DNA from: an uncultured Candidatus Saccharibacteria bacterium
GTDB taxonomy: Bacteria; Patescibacteriota; Doudnabacteria; UBA920
Assembly (NCBI GenBank): GCA_964600695.1
Contig: CAZRKK010000001.1
Span: 63,043-127,042 of the forward strand
Length of the DNA: 64,000 nucleotides
Direction: 5' to 3'
A model generated the notes under the pieces. That model was given only the letters and a program-made list of their open reading frames with translations, was not told the origin of the DNA and made no database searches. How positions within the stretch are numbered: position 1 is the stretch's first letter; each line of letters opens with the position of its first letter. The position numbers and the translations under genes are program-made. Of this stretch, positions 25,248 to 34,112 are shown piece by piece.

Positions 25248-26813
25248 TTATGATAATAAATTTATTGCCTTATTTAAGCGTTTTATAACAGCGTCTTTGC
25301 CGCCATTTAAGCTCAAACAGCTAGCTACCTCGAATGGGCTCGGACTCTTCGCAAGCCCGGTTAAGGCTACACGCATAGGCCAAAGCACATTGCCGGTCTC
25401 GTAGCCCTGTTCGGAAATCCATGCCTTAACTTTCTCTTCCAAAATTGAAGTCGAAGCAAGGTCTGAATCTGGTAGGTTTGATAGAAATTCGACTAGACTA
25501 GAAAGTTTCTGAACAGCATCGGCTTTGTCAGCTTTTTTCCAAATCAGCATTTCTGGAGTGGAATCTTCAGAATCAAACTTTGGCGCATCGACAAAATAAA
25601 AATCTGTATTCTCTGTAATTTGCGAAAGGGTTTTGAGACGTTCTTTTTCGATATTAATCATGGCTAGTAAAAACTCTGATGGGAAACTAGATAACTCTAT
25701 CCCCTGCTCTGCCAAAAACGGTTTTAGCCAAGGCTCAACTAATTGTAAAAGTTCTTGGTTAGATTTTTCTTTAATGTAACTGGCGTTCATCCAGTCTAGT
25801 TTATTCACATCAAAGACAGCACCCGCCTTGTTAACCTTAGCAAGATCAAAGGCCTCGATCAGTCCATCCATAGAAAAAATTTCTTGTTCAGTTTTAGGAT
25901 TCCAACCTAGTAATGCCACAAAGTTAACTAGTGCTTCTGGTAAGTAACCTTTTTGCAAAAAGTCTTCAACAGAAACATCACCTTGACGTTTAGACAATTT
26001 GGTTTTGTCCGGATTCAAAATTAACGGCAAATGAGCAAAAGCAGGTGGTGTCCACCCAAAAGCTTGGTACAACAATAAATGCTTAGGTGTAGATGGAATC
26101 CACTCTTCAGCCCTAATTACATGAGTGATTTCCATATAATGATCGTCAATAACAACAGCTAAATGGTAAGTAGGAAAACCATCCGACTTTAATAAAACTT
26201 GGTCATCTAATAAATTGTGTTCGTATGCAATATCGCCGTAGACTAAATCGTGAATAACAGTTTGTCCTTGATCTGGATTTGCCTGACGGATAACCGCATT
26301 AGGATTTTCTTGTAATTTAGCAGTGACCTCTTCTGCAGAAAGTTTCTTACAATGACGATCGTACATTGGCGGCTTCTTTAAAGCCACTTGCTCTTTGCGA
26401 AGTTCATCTAAACGTTCCTGTGAACAAAAACAATAATAAGCTTTCCCCTGCTCTACTAATTGTTTGGCGTGACTTTGATACATACCCAAACGCTCTGATT
26501 GCACATAAGGACCAACATCGCCCTTAAACTTTATAGTTGCAGAATCAAAATTTACACCGTCATAATTTTCTAAGTAAGCACCTTCATCAAAAGACACTCC
26601 CATTTTAGACATTACAGCTAAGAGATTTTCTACAGCGCCATCTGTTTTACGAGTTTGATCTGTGTCTTCGATTCGCAAAATATTCACACCATTAAAATGC
26701 CGCGCATACAAAAATGCAAACAAGGCGGTGCGAAAATTGCCAACATGAACAAACCCTGTTGGGCTAGGAGCAAAGCGTGTGCGAACTTGTTTATTTTGTG
26801 TGGAGTCTGTCAT
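25248..26813 (-). CDS. gltX: glutamyl-tRNA synthetase
   Basis: RFAPSPTGFVHVGNFRTALFAFLYAR (HIGH-type HVGN), LRIEDTD and TKLSKRQG (KMSKS). Confidence 0.88.
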   Translation of the reverse strand: MTDSTQNKQVRTRFAPSPTGFVHVGNFRTALFAFLYARHFNGVNILRIEDTDQTRKTDGAVENLLAVMSKMGVSFDEGAYLENYDGVNFDSATIKFKGDVGPYVQSERLGMYQSHAKQLVEQGKAYYCFCSQERLDELRKEQVALKKPPMYDRHCKKLSAEEVTAKLQENPNAVIRQANPDQGQTVIHDLVYGDIAYEHNLLDDQVLLKSDGFPTYHLAVVIDDHYMEITHVIRAEEWIPSTPKHLLLYQAFGWTPPAFAHLPLILNPDKTKLSKRQGDVSVEDFLQKGYLPEALVNFVALLGWNPKTEQEIFSMDGLIEAFDLAKVNKAGAVFDVNKLDWMNASYIKEKSNQELLQLVEPWLKPFLAEQGIELSSFPSEFLLAMINIEKERLKTLSQITENTDFYFVDAPKFDSEDSTPEMLIWKKADKADAVQKLSSLVEFLSNLPDSDLASTSILEEKVKAWISEQGYETGNVLWPMRVALTGLAKSPSPFEVASCLSLNGGKDAVIKRLNKAINLLS

Positions 26814-26865
26814 GTTGATAAATTATTGATTCTAATTTTCTACCTTCGTAAGGAAAATACCATAT

Positions 26866-28206
26866 TTATGCGTTTTTTTCAAGCGCTTCCGTTAGCTCAG
26901 CGACGACTTTTTTTAGATGATCTTGACGTGGACCAGAAACTACGGATTGAGCTTTATCTAAATCGACCCATTGCCATCGACTAAAAACTTTTGGATCTAA
27001 AATTATTTCTGAATCTTGACCAGTAAATCTAAAAAAGGCTGTTTGTTGCTTTTGACCTCGAAACAATCTTTTAGTACTGAACAAACCTCGAATACCGTTT
27101 GGCCAGTCGAAAGTATTAATATGCTTAGCGGTTCCCAAGTATTGCACTGAAGAAATGTTGACCTCTTCTTTTAATTCTCGCAGCGCAGAAGCTTGTAAAT
27201 CCTCACCAGGTTTAACACCTCCCTGTGGAGGAAGCCATTCACCTTGTGGGTTATATCTTTGCGCATAACCAACCTTAGAAATTTTGTTTGGGTTATTCTC
27301 GCATAATAAAATTTGATTTTGATTGTTGATGACAATAATCGAAACATTATTACGGTAGCCATAACTAGAAAAGACTTTGTACCGTACTAAAGAAAGGATT
27401 AAACCCCAAGTAGCTCGATAAATTCTAGGTAATCGACTAGGTTGTGTTACTAAACGAAACAACCATTCCAACCCAATTGATCGAATCCAAACAGGTGGTG
27501 GAGTCTTAAAACCAGAAGCATAATCAAAAGTCCCTCCGACCCCCATCGCAACTGTAACAGGTAAATTTTTTAAATGATTGGCAATCCATTGCTCTTGCTT
27601 AGGTTGGCCATAAGCTAAAAATAAAAGATCCGGTTTCGCCTGCTGAATATCCTCAAGTAAGGACAAGTTGTTCCAGTTTTTTCTAGACAATCCCACTATC
27701 TGCAATCGAGGATATCTTTCTTTAAGTAACTCTGCAGTTTTTTCTGCAGAATCACTGCGGTGATTTACAAAATAGACAGTCTTGTTATTTTCAGATGCCA
27801 ATTTGATTAAATCAAAAAACACATCTGCTCCAGTAATCTTCTCTGGTATATTTTTATACAAATAACTAGGTGTGAGCAAAATCCGAGCCCCAGAAACTAC
27901 AACATGCGCCCAAGTCTCTATGATCTTGCCCCAAAAACCAGTCGAACGAAGGGGAATGTCTAAGTATCGCTCTGCCCACATTATTGCTATACCATCTGCC
28001 AAAGCAATGTCGGCAGAATTAAATAAATCTCGCAATGAAGACTCAGTCAAACTTGCGTACAAAAACTCCGAATTAGGTGTAGTAATAAAAGTTTGCTGTT
28101 TTGATTCCAGCAAACTTTTGACTTCCGACAAAAATTGAGATTTTGTAATTGCGGAAATATTTAAATTAGCAACTAAAACTTTATGAATCATAAATTTATT
28201 TGTCAC
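26866..28206 (-). CDS. fusion protein: WecB/TagA/CpsF-family glycosyltransferase (N) + NUDIX hydrolase (C)
   Basis: The N-terminal half carries ADGIAIMWA, VGLSRK, LLFLAYGQPKQEQW and GLEWLFRLVTQPSRLPRIYR (PF03808-like). The C-terminal 150 aa carry the Nudix box GGVKPGEDLQASALRELKEEVN. Confidence 0.7.
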   Translation of the reverse strand: MTNKFMIHKVLVANLNISAITKSQFLSEVKSLLESKQQTFITTPNSEFLYASLTESSLRDLFNSADIALADGIAIMWAERYLDIPLRSTGFWGKIIETWAHVVVSGARILLTPSYLYKNIPEKITGADVFFDLIKLASENNKTVYFVNHRSDSAEKTAELLKERYPRLQIVGLSRKNWNNLSLLEDIQQAKPDLLFLAYGQPKQEQWIANHLKNLPVTVAMGVGGTFDYASGFKTPPPVWIRSIGLEWLFRLVTQPSRLPRIYRATWGLILSLVRYKVFSSYGYRNNVSIIVINNQNQILLCENNPNKISKVGYAQRYNPQGEWLPPQGGVKPGEDLQASALRELKEEVNISSVQYLGTAKHINTFDWPNGIRGLFSTKRLFRGQKQQTAFFRFTGQDSEIILDPKVFSRWQWVDLDKAQSVVSGPRQDHLKKVVAELTEALEKNA

Positions 28207-29074
28207 TTTCTAAACATCTATTAAAAGAGTTAACCTGAGAATTATAATCATTAACCAACGCTTTGGTTTTATCTATCAACACATTGAGTGCATCTGCTCG
28301 GCGGTTGTACTCTGCAACTGCATTATCATATTCTTCTCGGGTTCGATACTTATTAGCTTCGATCTGCTTCTTTAACGTAGCTAAAGAGGTTTCTTCTGCT
28401 TGAATACTTAAACGGTTTTGTTCAATTTGAGATTTTATACCTGCACCAGGATTTGGACAGCTAGATGATGGTGTACCAAACTCTTGAACAGCCAGCCAAA
28501 CTTCTTTACCTTCAAACATTCCCTTCCCTACTGCTACGCCAATTTCTTCAAATTTACCATCTAAAATATTAGCGCGGTGACCAGGGCTATTCATCCAGGC
28601 CTCAACCAATACTTGGTCATTTTCGTAATTACCCAAAGCAAGGTTTTCGCCTACAACTAAGTAATCATAGCCAGTGGCTTTAATTACATCTGCAGGATGT
28701 TTACCATCAGGTGATTCATGTTCAAAATACTGCTGACGAAACATATCATCCAGCTTAGCTTTAGCTGCCAAATTCAACTTTGAGTTTGTATGCAAAGGTG
28801 TCTTACTGTATAGCTCGCGCTGTTTATTAGTTTGTTCTACCACCCCAGACAGGGTTAAATTGCTATACCCCTCTAATGGACCACGCAACGGGCCAGACAA
28901 GGACTCTGGCAAGGCGACTTGATCCATAAATCCTTTAAAATTTTGGTCACTTTTCACCCAATTTCCAAAACGTTGAGGTAATCCTTCTAAGATTGCTATC
29001 CCAACAAATACGACTATTAATAAAATTGACCAAAATTTACTCATATATTCACAATTATACCTAGAAATAAGCAA
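28196..29074 (-). CDS. CAP/SCP (YkwD-like) domain secreted protein with C-terminal coiled-coil
   Basis: An N-terminal TM/signal sequence, then CAP motifs GENLALGNY...WMNSPGHRANIL...EIGVAV, then a K/E/Q-rich helical tail. Confidence 0.65.
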   Translation of the reverse strand: MLISRYNCEYMSKFWSILLIVVFVGIAILEGLPQRFGNWVKSDQNFKGFMDQVALPESLSGPLRGPLEGYSNLTLSGVVEQTNKQRELYSKTPLHTNSKLNLAAKAKLDDMFRQQYFEHESPDGKHPADVIKATGYDYLVVGENLALGNYENDQVLVEAWMNSPGHRANILDGKFEEIGVAVGKGMFEGKEVWLAVQEFGTPSSSCPNPGAGIKSQIEQNRLSIQAEETSLATLKKQIEANKYRTREEYDNAVAEYNRRADALNVLIDKTKALVNDYNSQVNSFNRCLESDK

Positions 29075-29096
29075 AAATTCTAGGTATAATAACTAT

Positions 29097-29366
29097 ATGG
29101 ACTCCCTAAAAGACTTAGCTATTGGCAAAAAATTTCCTAAGAAAAAGGACCCAAAACTTCACTCTGCAGCTCATGTTCTGGCAGATGAACTTGCCACTCA
29201 ATTGTCAGATCCAAAACACTTTGGATTTTATTTAAAAATGGCTGTGACAATGTCACCTGCTGTATTAAGAGGTATAGCAGGAAAAGTTTTAGAAAACCCC
29301 AATGTCGATAATAAAGGCAGACTGTTTGCCTATTTAATAAAGAAACATAACGAAGAAAATAAATGA
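29097..29366 (+). CDS. hypothetical small protein upstream of def
   Basis: 89-aa basic ORF overlapping the def start by 4 nt. Confidence 0.4.
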   Translation: MDSLKDLAIGKKFPKKKDPKLHSAAHVLADELATQLSDPKHFGFYLKMAVTMSPAVLRGIAGKVLENPNVDNKGRLFAYLIKKHNEENK

Positions 29367-29860
29367 TTTTACCTATCTCTAAACTTCCAGCCAAGATTTT
29401 AAGAACCCCAACCGAAGCTATCACTTTTCCTCCTGATAAGCAGTTTTTAAAATTACTTAAAAATATGGTGAGCACCTGCAAAGCTGCTAACGGTGTTGGG
29501 TTGGCTGCTCCTCAAATTGGATTGAATTTACAAGTTGCGATTATTTACTTGGAAGAAATGGGCTTGCCTGTCTTCCCGATCATCAATCCAAAAATTATTA
29601 AACAATCTAAAGAAACCGAAGAGATGGAAGAAGGATGTTTATCCCTTCCACAATTATTTGGCAAAGTAACTCGTCCTAAAAAAATCACCATGGAAGCATA
29701 TAATCTACAAGGTGAGAAATTTGAAATTACCGACGACACTTTTTTAGCTCGTGTTCTTCAACATGAAATTGACCACTTAAACAATATTTTGATTATCGAC
29801 AAATTTTCCGAGATCACCGCAGGGCAAGAACTAGTAAAATCGTTTAAGGAGCGTAAGTAA
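29363..29860 (+). CDS. def: peptide deformylase
   Basis: GVGLAAPQIG, EGCLSLPQ and HEIDHLNN, the three PDF metal-site motifs. Confidence 0.9.
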   Translation: MILPISKLPAKILRTPTEAITFPPDKQFLKLLKNMVSTCKAANGVGLAAPQIGLNLQVAIIYLEEMGLPVFPIINPKIIKQSKETEEMEEGCLSLPQLFGKVTRPKKITMEAYNLQGEKFEITDDTFLARVLQHEIDHLNNILIIDKFSEITAGQELVKSFKERK

Positions 29861-29866
29861 TTATTC

Positions 29867-30400
29867 ATGAAGTTAATTAAAGATATATTAATCTTTCAAA
29901 TTGAAGCCACTGGAACAGATGTTGAGCGCGATCATATCATTCAACTTTCTGGAATACTTTTAGATAAAGATAGTTTACTAGAAAAAAACTTTTTTAATTC
30001 ATATATTAAAGTTAGTTTTTTAGATGGCACTGTTCAAGCCCATGCTAATCATTTAGGTATTACTTTCGATCAACTCCGTAAGAGTCCAAAACTGGCTGAG
30101 ACCATCAAGAACTTTGTAAATACTTTTGGTTATGAACCATTACTAGCAACACAGTCTGTACCAAACTACTTATTTCTCAAGCAAGCCTTTAAAAAGACTC
30201 TAACCCCGTTTAATTACGACAAGCATTTATTAGATATCTGGTCGCTAAGCTACATCTACATTATTCATTATGGAATAAAAAAGATTCCTACTCTGCAAAC
30301 TATGGCCACTCATTTTAATCTAAAACTTTCTCGAGCCAATGATGCTCTAGCCAAAGCACGTTTAACAGCAGAAGTTTTTAAAAAAATTATTAACGGTTAG
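29867..30400 (+). CDS. DnaQ-like DEDD 3'-5' exonuclease domain protein (paralog 1, degenerate Exo II)
   Basis: Exo I is FQIEATGTD and Exo III is ANDALAKARLTAEVF (H-x4-D absent, N present). The Exo II region YLFLKQAF lacks the Asp. Confidence 0.55.
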   Translation: MKLIKDILIFQIEATGTDVERDHIIQLSGILLDKDSLLEKNFFNSYIKVSFLDGTVQAHANHLGITFDQLRKSPKLAETIKNFVNTFGYEPLLATQSVPNYLFLKQAFKKTLTPFNYDKHLLDIWSLSYIYIIHYGIKKIPTLQTMATHFNLKLSRANDALAKARLTAEVFKKIING

Positions 30401-30413
30401 AACTTATAAACTT

Positions 30414-30977
30414 ATGTTCCATAAAGATATTTTAATTATTGATGTAGAAGCCACAGGCTTAGACTACCAAAACAACGAGCTCATTCAGTTAGCTGGAGTT
30501 TTGTTAGACAAAAAAACTTTGAAAGAGAAGAAGCACTTTGAATCATTAATTAAACCAGTAAAATGGCGGAATCGCGACCCAGAAGCTATGGCTGTTAACA
30601 AAATCGACTGGAAAGATTTAGCAAAAGCTCCGTCTTTAAAAACAGTTATCGGAAAGTTCGAAAAAACTTTTGGAACCAATGTTATTCTGGCACCATACGG
30701 CACAATCATGGACACAGCTATGTTGCGCGTAGCTTACAAGAAACTTGGTAAGCAATACAAATACGATTACCATGTGTTTGATGTTTGGCCACTCTGTTTT
30801 ACTTACATGGCAAAAAAGAAATTATTAGTAAACAAAAAACGTTTTTCTGGATTTTCATTAAATGATATTGCTAACCATTTCAAAATTAAAGTCCCAACTA
30901 ACCGACACACTGCTTTAGCTGATTGCCGTCTCGAAGCTGAAGTCCTCCGCAAACTTGTTAAAGCATTTAAAGTTTAA
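30414..30977 (+). CDS. DnaQ-like DEDDh 3'-5' exonuclease domain protein (paralog 2)
   Basis: Exo I is IIDVEATGLD, Exo II is PYGTIMDTAML and Exo III is HTALADCRLEAEVL. Confidence 0.65.
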   Translation: MFHKDILIIDVEATGLDYQNNELIQLAGVLLDKKTLKEKKHFESLIKPVKWRNRDPEAMAVNKIDWKDLAKAPSLKTVIGKFEKTFGTNVILAPYGTIMDTAMLRVAYKKLGKQYKYDYHVFDVWPLCFTYMAKKKLLVNKKRFSGFSLNDIANHFKIKVPTNRHTALADCRLEAEVLRKLVKAFKV

Positions 30978-30980
30978 TCT

Positions 30981-31856
30981 ATGAAGATTGTTTTCTTTGG
31001 AACATCAGATATTGGCTTACCCATTTTAGAAGATTTAATTGCGAATCATCAAGTTTTAGCTGTGGTTACTTCTCCCGATAAACCAGTAGGTCGCAAACAA
31101 GAGCTTACCCCTACTCCCATTGCCGAACTTGCCAAGCAACATAAAATTCAAATTTTAAAACCAAAAAAAGTTCGAGATAATCCCGACTTTTTAAGTGAAC
31201 TGGCAGAAATTGTAGATTCTAGATATATCGATATTTTTATTGTGGTTTCCTATGGAAAGATCCTCCCTGCTGAATTACTAGAATTGCCACCTCTGAAAAC
31301 AATCAATGTCCACTTTTCTGTGCTACCAAAATATCGTGGTGCGGCCCCTGTTCAATTTGCCTTACTCAATGGCGAAACCACCACTGGCACCAGTATATTT
31401 ATACTAGACGCAGAAGTTGATCACGGTCCTATCTTAGCTACAAAAAATCTTGCCATTGACGATGACGATACTAATACAACTCTACAAACCAAACTTGCGG
31501 AGTTGTCCAGTACTTTACTATTAGAAACTTTACCAAAATATGCTGACGGCTCGCTGACCCCTGTACAACAAGACCACAGCCAAGCCACTTTTACTAAACT
31601 TATTTCGAAGGAAGATGGCTTAGTAGATTGGTCTAAACCAGCTCAAGAAATTTATAATCAATTTAGAGCTTACCAACCTTGGCCAGGGATTTACACAACA
31701 TGGCAGGATAAAAAATTGAAAATTATTGACTGTAAACTTTCTAAAGACAAAACTACACTCGAACTAATCACAGTCCAATTAGAAGGAAAAAATCCTACTA
31801 GCATGAAGGATTTTTTGAACGGTTACCCAGACTTCGAGATGTCGCAACTAAAATAG
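30981..31856 (+). CDS. fmt: methionyl-tRNA formyltransferase
   Basis: MKIVFFGTSDIG...NVHFSVLPKYRGAAPVQFALLNGETTTGTSIF..., the formyltransferase N-domain (HxSLLP...RG) plus C-domain, after def. Confidence 0.9.
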   Translation: MKIVFFGTSDIGLPILEDLIANHQVLAVVTSPDKPVGRKQELTPTPIAELAKQHKIQILKPKKVRDNPDFLSELAEIVDSRYIDIFIVVSYGKILPAELLELPPLKTINVHFSVLPKYRGAAPVQFALLNGETTTGTSIFILDAEVDHGPILATKNLAIDDDDTNTTLQTKLAELSSTLLLETLPKYADGSLTPVQQDHSQATFTKLISKEDGLVDWSKPAQEIYNQFRAYQPWPGIYTTWQDKKLKIIDCKLSKDKTTLELITVQLEGKNPTSMKDFLNGYPDFEMSQLK

Positions 31857-31861
31857 TCTTC

Positions 31862-32737
31862 TTAGTCTTTTTGACGAATATGTTCAGCAAAAGTTTTGCT
31901 AAAGACTGCTTCGCCTGATGGTTGTTTATGTAAAAAGTAGAAGAAGTCAGATTTTGTAGGTCGCAAAGCAGCTTCAATACTACCTAGAGACGGATTCCCA
32001 ATGGGCCCTGGAGTTAGTCCTGCATATTTATAGGTGTTATAAGGTGAATTAACTTTGGTGTCATTCAAGCTTACACCAGGGTCATTCTTGCCAGTAACAT
32101 AATTTACCGTAGCATCACTTTCCAAAGCTTGACCGATCTCTAACCGGTTATAAAATACTCCAGCAACTAGAGCGCGTTCTTCCGCTAGACTCATATTACT
32201 ACTGTTGCCACTTTCTACTTCGATAATCGAAGCGAGTGTTAAGATATCATACAATGACATTCCTGCTTGATTATCCCCACCAATAGGTTGCAAGTTTTCA
32301 TAACCAGGGATTGTAAATTTTGTCTGATTGATTGTAACTCCGATTGTCGACATACGCTTGGTAAAATTCTCTAACATTTTTTCTATCACTTGGTTCGGAG
32401 TAGAATCTTTGGCAAATCTATAAGTATCTGGAAATAAATAACCTTCTAAGCCTGTGCCTTTTGGCTTAACAACTAATGGATAGTTTGTGTAGTCAAAATC
32501 TTCAACAGCTTGCAAAAACTTTTTGCTAGAAAACATTCCCGCATCGTCCAGCTTCTTAGCAATATCATCAGTAGTCCAACCTTCAATAATTGTGACTTGA
32601 GTCTCGGCGGCTTTTTCTTGTAATTTACTTACCTTCAGAGCTTGATCGGCTCGATAATCTTTAAAAACTACCCACAAGCCTAATAAGCCAGCGATCATTA
32701 TTATTAATATTATAAACGGCCAATACTTTTTTATCAT
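31862..32737 (-). CDS. mltG: endolytic murein transglycosylase MltG (YceG-like)
   Basis: An N-terminal TM and YceG motifs EGYLFPDTYRF, LASIIEVESG and PGPIGNPSL. Confidence 0.85.
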   Translation of the reverse strand: MIKKYWPFIILIIMIAGLLGLWVVFKDYRADQALKVSKLQEKAAETQVTIIEGWTTDDIAKKLDDAGMFSSKKFLQAVEDFDYTNYPLVVKPKGTGLEGYLFPDTYRFAKDSTPNQVIEKMLENFTKRMSTIGVTINQTKFTIPGYENLQPIGGDNQAGMSLYDILTLASIIEVESGNSSNMSLAEERALVAGVFYNRLEIGQALESDATVNYVTGKNDPGVSLNDTKVNSPYNTYKYAGLTPGPIGNPSLGSIEAALRPTKSDFFYFLHKQPSGEAVFSKTFAEHIRQKD

Positions 32738-32817
32738 GTAGATATTATAGCAGAAAAAACCACCCCTTTCGGGGCGGCTTTTGATATCAAATTTATTTGT
32801 TTTTATTTTATTCTGAA

Positions 32818-33510
32818 CTAGTCTTTCTTTTTGATGCCGTCCTCTACGTAGTCCAATACCTTTTTGGCATGGTCTTTACCGCCGAGGCCAAAGGCCAAAC
32901 CACCAGCTACGGCTAACATGGCGATTACAGCACGGAACAGATCAAGCAAGAATGCTTGTGCAATTTGCAATTCAGAAAGAGCTGCGATGATCGCAAAAGT
33001 AATAATAGCCCAACGTGTTAATGAACCAAGCATATTGCCAGATTCAAAACCACCAGCTTTAACAGTACCTTTGATTACATCACCTAAGAAGTTAGCAGCA
33101 ATAATACCTAGTAAGATAATTACCATTGCGATAATTACATGACCAGCGTAACCAAATACATCTGCATAGAAGAAGTTGGTAATGTTTGATAGCCCTAAGA
33201 TATCTGCAGCAGCAATAATGCTAGCTAAGATAAAGAACCATTTTACAATCCATTGAACGATTCCAGAGATTCTAATACTGCGACCACTGCGTTCGGATAA
33301 ACGCTTTAGTCCTAATTGATCACCTAATCCATCGATACCGACAGATACTAACGCTCGCTTGAGTACATTACTCAAGAAAATACCAATAATCCAACCGAGC
33401 AATAATACAATTGCTGCAGCTAGAACGTTTGGCAAAAACTGAATTACCCGGTCGTACAAGTTGTATACAGAATCTTGTACCACAGTTGGATAATCGTTGT
33501 AATAATTCAT
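32818..33510 (-). CDS. multi-pass membrane protein with repeated 'conserved TM helix' units
   Basis: 230 aa with four similar hydrophobic repeats (..FL..VL.AAIVLLLGWIIG.., ..KWFFILASIIAAADILGL.., etc.) resembling TM_helix repeats found N-terminal to MscS-type channels. Confidence 0.45.
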   Translation of the reverse strand: MNYYNDYPTVVQDSVYNLYDRVIQFLPNVLAAAIVLLLGWIIGIFLSNVLKRALVSVGIDGLGDQLGLKRLSERSGRSIRISGIVQWIVKWFFILASIIAAADILGLSNITNFFYADVFGYAGHVIIAMVIILLGIIAANFLGDVIKGTVKAGGFESGNMLGSLTRWAIITFAIIAALSELQIAQAFLLDLFRAVIAMLAVAGGLAFGLGGKDHAKKVLDYVEDGIKKKD

Positions 33511-33616
33511 TTATTGTTCCTTTCGTGCATAACATCATCAATTAAATAACTGAGACATGATGCGAATTTTTTAGCCTCCGGTAATCGACCTTGCCGGAAA
33601 ATTAACATAAATAAAA

Positions 33617-33640
33617 ACAATAGGAAATTACCTATTGTTC
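33617..33640 (-). terminator. hairpin AACAATAGG-AAATTA-CCTATTGTT overlapping the stop of yjbQ-like gene, followed by T-rich tract on the minus strand
   Basis: Perfect 9-bp stem. The minus-strand downstream sequence is TTTTATTTATGTT. Confidence 0.55.
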
Positions 33641-34075
33641 GCCGTAGATAAGAATAGAAAAATCACGCGCTCTACCACCGTCACATTCAACAAAAAACAA
33701 ACTTTGTTTTTTACCGATAGCTAACTGACCATCTATAACTGGCAAAGTTTCTGATGAACCCAGCAAGAAGGCCTTAACATGAGCATGCCCATTGGAACGC
33801 TCGTTGGTATCAACTTCACTTCGCAATTCGAAGACATCATGACCATAACTGTCTTCTATGGGTACAGTTTTGTACAACATCTTCATAATATCTTGTTGCA
33901 ACATTTCTTCGTTATGATTAAGACGAATACTAGCCGTTGTGTGAGGATTATAAATTAAAGCCATCCCCTGTTTGATACCACTCTCTGTTAGGGCGGTTTT
34001 TGCGTGGCTAGTTATATCTATTAACTCAAATTGTTTACGAGACATCACTTCGACTAACTTGTGAAAGGTTGCCAT
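33632..34075 (-). CDS. YjbQ/UPF0047 family protein
   Basis: DITSHAKTALTESGIKQGMALIYNPHTTASIRLNHNE...DGHAHVKAFLLGSSETLPVIDGQLAIGKKQSLFFVECDG. Confidence 0.7.
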   Translation of the reverse strand: MATFHKLVEVMSRKQFELIDITSHAKTALTESGIKQGMALIYNPHTTASIRLNHNEEMLQQDIMKMLYKTVPIEDSYGHDVFELRSEVDTNERSNGHAHVKAFLLGSSETLPVIDGQLAIGKKQSLFFVECDGGRARDFSILIYGEQ

Positions 34076-34112
34076 ATATATATTATACCAAAAAATGAGT
34101 GAATTTCCAAAG

